Positions 1-8,522 of a stretch of DNA of 64,000 nt are shown here, in pieces. The stretch spans positions 8,049 to 72,048 of the forward strand of contig JAZQAB010000087.1 of assembly GCA_045545055.1 (NCBI GenBank). Direction: 5' to 3'. Within the stretch, counting starts at the first letter, position 1. Each line of letters begins with the position of its first letter. The stretch is from Clostridia bacterium (lineage in GTDB: Bacteria > Bacillota > Clostridia > UMGS1883). Below the pieces are notes generated by a model, which was given only the letters and a program-made list of their open reading frames with translations, was not told where the DNA came from and made no database searches. The translations under genes and the position numbers were made by a program.

Positions 1-1394
1 AACTCCGCTCTCGTAACGGTGTTATAAAGATTAAGTTCACCGTCTGTATCTCCGATTATTATTCCTTTTTCTTTTAAGAAATTAATCTCTTTTTTATAAA
101 GCTCTGTCGTATACGAAGAATTATCAACAGGCGTTTGCTCATTCTTAAATTCTATTTCATACCATTTTGAATTTTCCGAAACAACAATTTTGCCATTTAT
201 AACACGAAGCTGACTAAATACAGGCTTTGTTATAAATTCCCCCTTGTCATTGAGTATTGCCCATTTAAAGGGGGCAAGCCTTAATGCAAAGTAGCCGTTT
301 CCGAGATGCTCGACATTATATAATGCCTCTAAAGAAATAGTGGGAGGTGTATGATACGTGCCGTCGGGGTTTAAAATTCCTGCAAGCCCGTTAAGCCGGA
401 CTATGAAATAACCGTCTATGGAGTAAATATCTTCATAGATGCACGGTGCAACCTCTGTTCCGTCGGTTGTGATAATGCCTACCTTGCCGTTCTTTTTAAA
501 CCACAACAGGTTATCCTCTCCAATGTAGTGAGTGCTCATTTTTTCACTTGGCTCTTTAATTAAGTTAAGGTTTATATCAAAGTAATAGTCGTAAAAACCG
601 TCGCTTGCAAGATAGACATTTTTTTCTTCCATAAAATAAACGGAATTATATATGGTGGGGAGAAGAACATTGCCGTTAAAATCGATTAGTCCCTGTTTTT
701 TATCCTTTATAACCACAGCGGTCTTTACAGCCGTTGTGTATATCTCATCATAGTCGCCTTTAAAAAGCAGATTTCCGTTTTTATCAAGTATGTAACTGCC
801 GCTTTCGTTTGTTGCAGCAAATGTGCCGTGGTAATATCTTAACAAATCCGCATTCAAGGGCATAAGTTCGTTTCCGTCCTTATCGATAACCGTATACCCA
901 AAATCCCTGCCTACAACGCACATTCCGTCAATAAACACGCTTTCGCAATAGTCATACCTAAAATCCACAATTATTTTTCCGTTGTAGTCAATAAAACCGT
1001 ATTTGTCATTAAAGTCCTGTACCCGTATTTCAAAACGGTCATCGGTGCGAGGTTGAATCTGAACCTCCTTATACATTGCAGGGATAACGATTTCTCCCTT
1101 TTCATTCACTGCACCCCAGTTGTTTCCGTCCCTTACCTCAATAAGTGAAAAATCCTGATAAGGGGGAAATGACGGTCTGTTATCGCTTCCCAATTCATCC
1201 CACATTGCAGGAATGATGACCTCGCCGTATTTTGTCATTCCCCATTTCCCGTTTTTCGAAAACTTTTCATATTTCAAGCCTTCGTTGGGAACTTCCCGAA
1301 CATTACTTAAATTTTCGGTTGAAAAACTGTAATCTGCATAAGCAGTAAGTGTAAATAAAGAAAGTACTAACAGTAAAGAAATTAATTTTTTCAT
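1..1394 (-). CDS. Secreted WG-repeat protein with SLH-like C-terminal segment (5' part only; runs off window start)
   Basis: Own minus-strand translation. ATG at 1394 lies directly downstream of GGAGGG. MKKLISLLLVLSLFTLTAYA looks like a signal peptide. Repeated units follow, such as KNGKWGMTKYGEVIIPAMWDEL, GNNWGAVNEKGEIVIPAMYKEV and DKYGFIDYNGKIIVDFRYDY (WG/KWG-type repeats). The last residues in the window, INFLKEKGIIIGDTDGELNLYNTVTRAE, resemble an SLH motif. The frame stays open to position 1, so it is absent from the ORF track. Confidence 0.6.
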   Translation of the reverse strand, partial: MKKLISLLLVLSLFTLTAYADYSFSTENLSNVREVPNEGLKYEKFSKNGKWGMTKYGEVIIPAMWDELGSDNRPSFPPYQDFSLIEVRDGNNWGAVNEKGEIVIPAMYKEVQIQPRTDDRFEIRVQDFNDKYGFIDYNGKIIVDFRYDYCESVFIDGMCVVGRDFGYTVIDKDGNELMPLNADLLRYYHGTFAATNESGSYILDKNGNLLFKGDYDEIYTTAVKTAVVIKDKKQGLIDFNGNVLLPTIYNSVYFMEEKNVYLASDGFYDYYFDINLNLIKEPSEKMSTHYIGEDNLLWFKKNGKVGIITTDGTEVAPCIYEDIYSIDGYFIVRLNGLAGILNPDGTYHTPPTISLEALYNVEHLGNGYFALRLAPFKWAILNDKGEFITKPVFSQLRVINGKIVVSENSKWYEIEFKNEQTPVDNSSYTTELYKKEINFLKEKGIIIGDTDGELNLYNTVTRAE

Positions 1395-1404
1395 AATGCC
1401 CTCC

Positions 1405-2979
1405 TTAATAGATTAAAACTGTGCCTGAAATATCAGTGTTGTTATACTCGTTGTCAGCTTTATAGGTTAAAAGCAGCTCATAGCTGTCATTCTTGTCAAG
1501 CCCTGTAAATGAATATGAATTTGTTTTGGACGGCTTTACCGACGCATTAAGCAAAGCTTTGCCGTCTTTTAACAGTATGATATTCAGCCTTTGGCTGCTG
1601 TTTGAATTTATGTATAAGGATATCTTGCCGTTATAATCGGGAGTATAATTTCCTAAAGAAAGAGAGGAATTTTCTTTTAAATTAAATTCTCTCACCGAGC
1701 AGGAAGAATTAAGGTTAATATTTTGTGAAGCTTCCCGACTTCTCCCTGAATTTAAAGCCTTGCTGAGCATCATATCAAAATCGGTTCCGGGGGGAAGTGC
1801 GTTTACCTTTGCTTCGGGTAATAAAATGCTTTCCGCAGGTATCGGCACATTTAAATCAACCGTTTCTTTTTCGCTGACAGTCGGTGCTTGCTCCTTTTTT
1901 GGTACACTGCTTGGGACTTCTTTTTCGATTTCCTCTGTTTTTTGTGTTACAAGTGGGGCTTCCTTTTGCTCCGCTTTTTTTATAAATTTAATATTTACTT
2001 GAGGGATACTCGTTGATTTCACGGGGACAGCCGTTGTCAGCGTCGCAAAAGAAAGGGCTATAGCCAAAACAGAAAATAGGCAAACGCTGTATTTCCCCTT
2101 TTTTCTGTAATGTGATATTTGCATAATTCTCTTCTTTATGTGCCGCTTTCCGTCCGAAGCGCCTAAAAGCTTCGGAGAATACGCCCTTGAATATTCCTCA
2201 AGCATAGAAACCAATGTCCGTCCGTAAGCCCGATGCTCCCCGTTTCCGATAAGTGACAGCGTTTTTTCATCGGTTGCAAGCTCTATATCCTGTCTTATAG
2301 CCTTTGCAAATATATGTATCAAAGGGTTAAACCAATGCATGGTCTGTATGAGTGATATCAAGAAGTTGGTAAAAATATCCCGTCTTATATAGTGGGAAAG
2401 CTCATGATAGAAAATGTACTCAATTTCCCTGTCGTTAAGGCTTGTTAGCTTGTTTGTTATCAGGATTTTAGGACGAAGCAAACCGAAAAGAGATACGCCT
2501 TTTATAATCGGCTGGTTAACTAATCCGATGTCTCTTTTCACATTTAATTTATCCTTGCATTGTGAAAAAATTTTATCTGTCCGCTCATCGACGGGTTTTG
2601 ACAATGCTTTTAATCTCAAAGAAAATATTATATTGGATAACAAAAGCCATGCACCCGTAATTACAAGGCCCAAAAGCCAAATATAAGGAATAATGTCTAT
2701 AGTTTTAACTTGTGCCACGGGAACGCTCCCTGTGTTTTCCAAAAAAACTTCGGGAATATTGTATTCTCCTTGAAAATGCGGCAGATTAAAAACACTTACT
2801 TTGCTTTTCGGTCCGAACGGAAAAACCAGCTTTATGATAAAAACTGCCCATAACAGCACCTTATATTTATGCGGTAAAATTTTATCTGTAAGCTTTCTTA
2901 TTAAAAAAACAATAAAGCCGACTATGCTCCCGTTTACGGTAGAAGCCAAAACAAAATGGAATACTGTGTTAAGATTCAT
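1405..2979 (-). CDS. M56-family (BlaR1/MecR1-like) membrane metalloprotease/signal transducer with non-PBP C-terminal domain
   Basis: 524-aa ORF with N-terminal TM helices and zinc motif HELSHYIRRD (HExxH) typical of peptidase M56. It overlaps the upstream blaI-like gene by 11 nt. The C-terminal ~200 aa are a Lys/Glu/Pro-rich linker plus an Asn/Ser-rich domain, not an obvious penicillin-binding sensor. Confidence 0.8.
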   Translation of the reverse strand: MNLNTVFHFVLASTVNGSIVGFIVFLIRKLTDKILPHKYKVLLWAVFIIKLVFPFGPKSKVSVFNLPHFQGEYNIPEVFLENTGSVPVAQVKTIDIIPYIWLLGLVITGAWLLLSNIIFSLRLKALSKPVDERTDKIFSQCKDKLNVKRDIGLVNQPIIKGVSLFGLLRPKILITNKLTSLNDREIEYIFYHELSHYIRRDIFTNFLISLIQTMHWFNPLIHIFAKAIRQDIELATDEKTLSLIGNGEHRAYGRTLVSMLEEYSRAYSPKLLGASDGKRHIKKRIMQISHYRKKGKYSVCLFSVLAIALSFATLTTAVPVKSTSIPQVNIKFIKKAEQKEAPLVTQKTEEIEKEVPSSVPKKEQAPTVSEKETVDLNVPIPAESILLPEAKVNALPPGTDFDMMLSKALNSGRSREASQNINLNSSCSVREFNLKENSSLSLGNYTPDYNGKISLYINSNSSQRLNIILLKDGKALLNASVKPSKTNSYSFTGLDKNDSYELLLTYKADNEYNNTDISGTVLIY

Positions 2980-3355
2980 TTTGCTTGCCCTCCAAAATGC
3001 TTTTAAGCTCCTCTATATCCTCCTTTGACAGCTTTTCATCTTTAACAAAGGAGGCAAGCATCAAATTAAGCGAACCGTTATAGAGCTTTTTTATAAAGCT
3101 TTTATTTGCATAGCTCTGATAATCTTCCCTTTTTATTGTTGCGGAATATATGTAGGACTTTGCATCTTTTTTCTCGGTTCTGACAGCTCCCTTTGCGACT
3201 AATCTTGTTATAAGTGTCTGAATTGTTTTGGGCTTCCAATCATTTGTGTTTTCAATTTCCCCGATTATCTCCTTGGCAGACATTGTGCCTTTTTCCCATA
3301 ATACCTTCATAACCTCTATTTCTGCCTCTGATATTTGCGGCATATTTTTATTCAT
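2969..3355 (-). CDS. BlaI/MecI/CopY-family transcriptional repressor
   Basis: Track ORF 2969-3427 trimmed to the internal ATG at 3355 behind GGAGGT. MNKNMPQISEAEIEVMKVLW...TIQTLITRLVAKGAV is the winged-helix Penicillinase_R pattern. Confidence 0.85.
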   Translation of the reverse strand: MNKNMPQISEAEIEVMKVLWEKGTMSAKEIIGEIENTNDWKPKTIQTLITRLVAKGAVRTEKKDAKSYIYSATIKREDYQSYANKSFIKKLYNGSLNLMLASFVKDEKLSKEDIEELKSILEGKQNES

Positions 3356-3370
3356 TATAATTACCTCCCA

Positions 3371-3420
3371 AAATGGATTACATTTGTAAGCTAATTTAAT
3401 ATTACATCCGTAATCCATTT
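3371..3420. promoter_or_regulatory. Candidate BlaI/MecI-type operator pair overlapping the blaI-like promoter
   Basis: AAATGGATTAC (3371-3381) and GTAATCCATTT (3410-3420) are exact reverse complements. Inside are two TACA-N3-GTAA dyads: ATTACATTTGTAA (3377-3389) and ATTACATCCGTAAT (3401-3414). The minus-strand promoter TTGACA (3422-3427), 17 nt, TAATAT (3399-3404) overlaps the second dyad. Confidence 0.55.
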
Positions 3421-3478
3421 TTGTCAAGAGTAAAAAAGAAAAAACTTTTTAAAAAGGGGTATTTTTGGGTTTTAAGTA

Positions 3479-3507
3479 TTGACAAAATAATTCCCTTGTG
3501 TTAATAT
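3479..3507 (+). promoter_or_regulatory. Sigma-A-type promoter of rpsO
   Basis: TTGACA (3479-3484), 17-nt spacer ending in TGT (extended -10), TAATAT (3502-3507). Confidence 0.55.
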
Positions 3508-3611
3508 GATAGACGGCATATTATCCGGTTGCTATGGTTTGCGGTTTCTCCAACCCCTATCATGGAGCTCGGAGTTTTTGCCGAAAATATTATTTAGGAG
3601 GTTTCTTTACT

Positions 3612-3875
3612 ATGTTAAAGGAAACAAAGCAGAGCATTATCGATCAGTACAAGCTTCACGAGGGTGACACAGGTTCTCCCGAGGTTCAGATTGCTATTCT
3701 CACAGAGAGAATCAATCACCTTAACGAGCACCTCAAGGTTTACAAGAAGGACCATCACTCAAGACGCGGTCTTCTTAAGATGGTTGGTCAGAGAAGAGGT
3801 CTTCTTAACTACCTTACAAAGGTTGACATCAACCGTTACCGTGCAATCGTTGAAAAGCTCGGTCTGAGAAAGTAA
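3612..3875 (+). CDS. rpsO: 30S ribosomal protein S15
   Basis: [42 protein letters not shown]...[21 protein letters not shown] is canonical S15. Start moved to ATG 3612 behind GGAGG. Confidence 0.97.
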   Translation: MLKETKQSIIDQYKLHEGDTGSPEVQIAILTERINHLNEHLKVYKKDHHSRRGLLKMVGQRRGLLNYLTKVDINRYRAIVEKLGLRK

Positions 3876-3903
3876 TCTCACATTAAATCAAAACTTGATT
3901 AGT

Positions 3904-3936
3904 ATATGTCGGAGAGACCTGTGTTTCTCCGACATA
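3904..3936 (+). terminator. rpsO-pnp intercistronic hairpin (attenuator/processing site)
   Basis: ATATGTCGGAGA...TCTCCGACATAT forms a 12-bp stem 29 nt after the rpsO stop. No clear U-tract. A second hairpin (GTTTACCACTTAATAAA...TTTATTAAGTGATAAAC) lies in the pnp leader. Confidence 0.5.
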
Positions 3937-4087
3937 TTAAAGTCAAGAATTCCATGGCAGTCGGAAGGGCGGTTACGCTTAGTGTTTACCACTTAATAAA
4001 GAGAAAGAGCGGACAGGCTGTTTGTTTTTATTAAGTGATAAACGACTACCCTTTCGAACAAAATTTATTTTATTTGGAGGTATAGTT

Positions 4088-6193
4088 ATGTTTAAGACTT
4101 TTGAAACAGAGTTCTGCGGCAGACCGCTTGTTGTTGAAACAGGTAAAATGGCTCAGCTCGCAGGCGGAAGCTGTCTTGTTCGTTACGGCGAAACTGTTGT
4201 TCACGCAACTGCTACAGCTTCGGCAAAGCCCAGAGAGGGCGTTGATTTCTTCCCTCTGGCAGTAGATTACGAGGAAAAGCTTTATGCCGTTGGTAAAATC
4301 CCCGGCAGCTTCTTAAAGAGAGAGGGTCGTCCCACAGAAAAAGCAATCCTTGCTTCAAGATGTATCGACCGTCCTATCCGTCCCCTTTTCCCGAAAGACC
4401 TCAGAAACGATGTTGCGGTTGTTACCACCGTTATGAGCGTTGAGCCCGATAACGATCCCGTTGTAACAGCTATGATTGGTGCTTCTATTGCAATTTCTAT
4501 TTCTTCCGTACCCTTTGCAGGTCCTATCGCAGGTGCAACTGTTGGTCTTGTTGACGGCAAGGTTGTGGTTAACCCCACAAAAGCTGAGCGTGACAAGAGC
4601 GAAATGTTCCTTACAATCGCAGGTACAAAGGAAAAGGTTAACATGATTGAAGCAGGTGCAAATCAGGTTCCCGAAGACCTTGTTTTCGAGGGTATCATGG
4701 CAGCACACGCTGAAATTGCTAAGATGTGCCAGTTTATCGAAGGTATTCAGAAGGAAATCGGAAAGCCCAAGTTCGATTATCAGCACATGGAGGTTCCCGA
4801 AGATATTTATGAGGCAGTTAAGAATGTTGCTATTGATAAGATAAGATTGGCACTTGACACCGATGATAAGAATATCCGTGAGGAAAATCTCAAGGAAGTT
4901 TACAGCTATGTTTATGAAATAGTCGGTGATAACTACCCCGAATCGGAAACCGTAATCGACGAAGCTTTGTACAAGCTCCAGAAGTACGTTGTACGCCGCT
5001 GGATTCTTGACGAAGGAAAGAGAGTTGACGGAAGAGGTCTTAACGACATTCGTCCTCTTGCTTCCGAAGTAGGTATCCTCCCCCGTACACACGGAAGCGG
5101 TATGTTTACCCGTGGACAGACACAGGTTCTTACAACCTGTACTCTCGGCATGGTTTCCGAGGAACAGCTTCTTGACGGCATTGACGATGAGGAAACAAAG
5201 AGATATATGCACCACTACAATTTCCCCTCCTACTCCGTTGGCGAAACAAGAGCAAGCCGCGGTCCCGGAAGAAGAGAAATCGGTCACGGTGCACTTGCTG
5301 AAAAGGCACTCGTTCCCGTTATTCCCTCAACAGAGGAATTCCCTTACACACTCCGCCTTGTGTCCGAGGTTCTTTCTTCCAACGGTTCTACCTCACAGGG
5401 TAGTATCTGCGGAAGCACACTTGCACTTATGGATGCAGGCGTTCCGATTAAGGCCCCCGTTGCAGGTATTTCCTGCGGTCTTGTAACCGAGGGCGACCGT
5501 TATATCACAATGGTTGACATTCAGGGTCTTGAAGACTTCTTCGGAGATATGGACTTTAAGGTAGCAGGTACAAAGGACGGTATCACAGCTATTCAGGTGG
5601 ATATCAAGATTGACGGTCTTAAGCCCGAAATCATTCGTGAAGCTCTTGAAAAGACAAGAGAGGCACGCATTAAAATTCTTGATGAATGCATGCTTCCCTG
5701 CATAGCTGAGCCTCGCTGTGAGCTTTCAAAGTATGCTCCCAAGATTATCTCCACAACAATCGACCCCGAAAAGATTCGTGAAGTTATCGGCAGCGGCGGT
5801 AAAGTAATTCAGAGAATTGTTGCTGAAACAGGCGTTAAAATTGATATTGAAGAAGACGGAACAGTATTCTTTGCAACAACCGACAGCGAAGCAGCAGAAA
5901 AGGCACTTCGTATAGTAAGAGGTATTGCAGGCGATATCGAAATCGGTGATATATTCAGTGCAACTGTTACCAAGATTATGGACTTTGGTGCATTTGTTGA
6001 ATATCTTCCCGGTAAGGAAGGTCTTGTTCACATCAGCAAGCTTGATACTAAGCGTGTAGAAAAGGTTACCGATGTGGTAAATGTAGGCGACCAGATCAAC
6101 GTTATGCTTGTAGAGGTTGACCGTATGGGACGCTACAACTTCTCAAGAAAAGATGCTATGCTTGCACTTGAAAGCGAAAACACAGAAGAGTAA
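4088..6193 (+). CDS. pnp: Polyribonucleotide nucleotidyltransferase (PNPase)
   Basis: About 700 aa with two RNase PH domains, a KH domain and an S1 domain (FGAFVEYLPGKEGLVHISKL). Sits immediately after rpsO as in most bacteria. Start ATG 4088 behind GGAGG. Confidence 0.97.
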   Translation: MFKTFETEFCGRPLVVETGKMAQLAGGSCLVRYGETVVHATATASAKPREGVDFFPLAVDYEEKLYAVGKIPGSFLKREGRPTEKAILASRCIDRPIRPLFPKDLRNDVAVVTTVMSVEPDNDPVVTAMIGASIAISISSVPFAGPIAGATVGLVDGKVVVNPTKAERDKSEMFLTIAGTKEKVNMIEAGANQVPEDLVFEGIMAAHAEIAKMCQFIEGIQKEIGKPKFDYQHMEVPEDIYEAVKNVAIDKIRLALDTDDKNIREENLKEVYSYVYEIVGDNYPESETVIDEALYKLQKYVVRRWILDEGKRVDGRGLNDIRPLASEVGILPRTHGSGMFTRGQTQVLTTCTLGMVSEEQLLDGIDDEETKRYMHHYNFPSYSVGETRASRGPGRREIGHGALAEKALVPVIPSTEEFPYTLRLVSEVLSSNGSTSQGSICGSTLALMDAGVPIKAPVAGISCGLVTEGDRYITMVDIQGLEDFFGDMDFKVAGTKDGITAIQVDIKIDGLKPEIIREALEKTREARIKILDECMLPCIAEPRCELSKYAPKIISTTIDPEKIREVIGSGGKVIQRIVAETGVKIDIEEDGTVFFATTDSEAAEKALRIVRGIAGDIEIGDIFSATVTKIMDFGAFVEYLPGKEGLVHISKLDTKRVEKVTDVVNVGDQINVMLVEVDRMGRYNFSRKDAMLALESENTEE

Positions 6194-6198
6194 AAATA

Positions 6199-6232
6199 AA
6201 GGGCGTTCTGTACGGACGCCCTTTGCGTTTGT
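6199..6232 (+). terminator. Intrinsic terminator after pnp
   Basis: AAGGGCGT-loop-ACGCCCTT followed by the T-rich stretch TGCGTTTGTT. Confidence 0.7.
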
Positions 6233-6250
6233 TAAAAAAACGAGGATTGT

Positions 6251-7468
6251 ATGTATAATATTCATTATTTAAAAAACGGCATACGGCTTGTTTATGAAAA
6301 AATGCCACACACAAAAACCGTAAGCGTGGGCGTTTTCGTAAAAAGCGGCAGTATGTATGAAACAGAAAAAGAAAAAGGAATAAGCCATTTTATTGAGCAT
6401 ATGCTTTTTAAAGGAACCTGCAACCGCAGTGCAAAGGAAATTGCCGAGGAAATGGACTTTGCAGGAGGACGTATAAATGCGTATACCGCCCGTGAATGTA
6501 CCTGCTATTATACCAAAGTGCTTTCCGAGGATTTAAGGCTTTCTGCCGAAATCTTAGGCGATATGTACTATAACTCACTCTTCAGGGAGGAGGATATAGA
6601 GCTTGAACGCGGTGTAATTATAGAGGAAATCAATATGTACGAGGATTCTCCGGAGGATTTGGCACTGGACAGCGTTTGCGAGCATATGTGGAAGGATAAC
6701 CCTTTGGGCTATATTATTTCAGGCAGCGAGGAAAGCGTAAAAGGAATTTCCCGTGAGATGATGCTTGATTATATGAGATGCAGATACACTCCCGAAAACA
6801 CTGTTATTTCAGTAGCAGGTGCTTTTGACGAGGAGGACATGAAAAGCATATTTGAGGAGTTCTTTTCACAAGGTAAAAATGCTCCCTCGGAGCTACTTCA
6901 AAAGCCCGAATTTACCTTCGGCACATGGTCAAGGGTCAAGGATATTGAACAGACACATTTATCTATTGCTTACAGGGGGCTTGATTTATCAAGTGATAAG
7001 TTATATACTATGTCTGTACTGAACAATATTTTGGGAGGAAGTATGTCCAGCCGTCTTTTCCAGAAGGTCAGGGAGGATAACGGGCTTTGCTACAGCATAT
7101 ATTCCTATACGGCTTCCTTTCCGCAGGCAGGTATGGCAGGAATTTATGCAGGGCTTTCGGATAATGCACTATGCAGTGCCCTCGACATGATAGATGGCGA
7201 GATAGCGAGGATTTGCAGCGAAAAGGTCAGCGATTATGAGCTTAAAAAGGCGAAAAGTCAGATTAAGTGCGGCATCGTAATGAGCCGTGAAAGCGTTGCA
7301 AGTCATATGGCGGAAAACGGAAAATCACTTCTCCTCACGGACAGAGTAAGGACGGCTGATGAAATTTTAAAGACTGTGCTTTCTGTTACCGAGGAAGATA
7401 TTTTAAGCGTTGCAAACGAAATTTTAGGCGTGAAAGAGCGTGCAATCTTTATTTTAAATAATAAGTAA
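6251..7468 (+). CDS. M16-family (insulinase-like) zinc peptidase
   Basis: 405 aa with inverted zinc motif HFIEHMLFKG (HxxEH). Its position after pnp parallels B. subtilis mlpA/ymxG. Confidence 0.85.
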   Translation: MYNIHYLKNGIRLVYEKMPHTKTVSVGVFVKSGSMYETEKEKGISHFIEHMLFKGTCNRSAKEIAEEMDFAGGRINAYTARECTCYYTKVLSEDLRLSAEILGDMYYNSLFREEDIELERGVIIEEINMYEDSPEDLALDSVCEHMWKDNPLGYIISGSEESVKGISREMMLDYMRCRYTPENTVISVAGAFDEEDMKSIFEEFFSQGKNAPSELLQKPEFTFGTWSRVKDIEQTHLSIAYRGLDLSSDKLYTMSVLNNILGGSMSSRLFQKVREDNGLCYSIYSYTASFPQAGMAGIYAGLSDNALCSALDMIDGEIARICSEKVSDYELKKAKSQIKCGIVMSRESVASHMAENGKSLLLTDRVRTADEILKTVLSVTEEDILSVANEILGVKERAIFILNNK

Positions 7469-7480
7469 AGAGGGATATTT

Positions 7481-8518
7481 ATGAATATAGTTGTATTATC
7501 AGGGGGACTCAGCACCGAGAGGAACGTATCTCTTACAACAGGTGCAAAGGTGCAAAATGCCCTTATAGCAAATGGACATCATGTTATCTTAGCAGATGTT
7601 TTTATGGGATATAAATTGTCACAGGGCGTGGAGGAAGAATTTAAAAATGCTACCAAGCCGGCAAAGATAGAAGCTGTCAGCGAGGCAGTTCCCGATATTG
7701 AAGCAATAAAAAAGGCAAGGGGGACTTCTTCCGATGTCTTTTTTGGAGAAAATATCATAGAGCTTTGTTCCTATGCCGATATAGTTTTTATGGCACTTCA
7801 TGGTGAGAATGGCGAAAACGGACGGCTTCAGGCAGCATTTGACCTTTTGGGGATAAAATACACGGGAAGCGGATACTTAGGCTGTGCAGTAAGCATGCAT
7901 AAAAATCTGACCAAGCAGATTTTTAAGTCCTTTTGTATTCCCACCCCCGGCGGAAAAATGGTTAAAAAGGGTGAAACTGCGGATTTTAAAGATTTCGGCG
8001 GAAAAAAAGTTGTGGTAAAGCCCTGCTGCGGAGGAAGCAGCATCGGTGTTTATATTGCAGATAACGAGGCGGCGTTTAACAAAGCACTTGAGGAAGCCTT
8101 TAAGTTTGAGGACGAAATCCTTGTAGAGGAATTTGTAGAGGGCAGGGAATTTTCCGTAGGCGTTCTGGGAGACAGAGCACTTCCTGCTATCGAGATTATC
8201 CCCAAGGAGGGCTTTTATGATTACAAAAATAAGTATCAGGCAGATTTGACTATTGAAATATGCCCTGCTGAAATAACGCCCCTGCAATCGGAGAAAATGC
8301 AAAGTGCCGCTCTTATGGCATTTAAGGCACTGGGGCTTTCGGGCTATGCCAGAATGGATTTCCTCTTGGACGCAAATGATAATATTTATTGTCTGGAGGC
8401 AAATTCCCTTCCCGGCATGACTCCCACAAGCCTTCTTCCTCAGGAAGCGGCGGCAGTGGGAATAGGCTATAATGAGCTTTGCGAGGAAATTATTAAACTG
8501 GGGATAAAAAGGGTGTGA
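7481..8518 (+). CDS. ddl: D-alanine--D-alanine ligase
   Basis: 345-aa ATP-grasp protein. N-terminal MNIVVLSGGLSTERNVSL and C-terminal CLEANSLPGMTPTSLLP are typical of Ddl. Confidence 0.93.
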   Translation: MNIVVLSGGLSTERNVSLTTGAKVQNALIANGHHVILADVFMGYKLSQGVEEEFKNATKPAKIEAVSEAVPDIEAIKKARGTSSDVFFGENIIELCSYADIVFMALHGENGENGRLQAAFDLLGIKYTGSGYLGCAVSMHKNLTKQIFKSFCIPTPGGKMVKKGETADFKDFGGKKVVVKPCCGGSSIGVYIADNEAAFNKALEEAFKFEDEILVEEFVEGREFSVGVLGDRALPAIEIIPKEGFYDYKNKYQADLTIEICPAEITPLQSEKMQSAALMAFKALGLSGYARMDFLLDANDNIYCLEANSLPGMTPTSLLPQEAAAVGIGYNELCEEIIKLGIKRV

Positions 8519-8522
8519 GCTT

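Noticed and set aside
4355-5287. Long antisense ORFs opposite strongly conserved genes. Examples: 4355-5287 (pnp), 7877-8674 (ddl/murF), 14151-14756 (lysA), 20020-20550 (def/fmt), 28022-28633 (rpe), 35350-36054 (dusB), 36542-37231 (proB), 49048-49749 and 49697-50256 (serS), 63187-63423 (recF).
   Set aside because: These are shadow ORFs. The opposite strand encodes unmistakable housekeeping proteins. The antisense translations are Cys/Ser/Leu-rich with no recognisable motifs or RBS.
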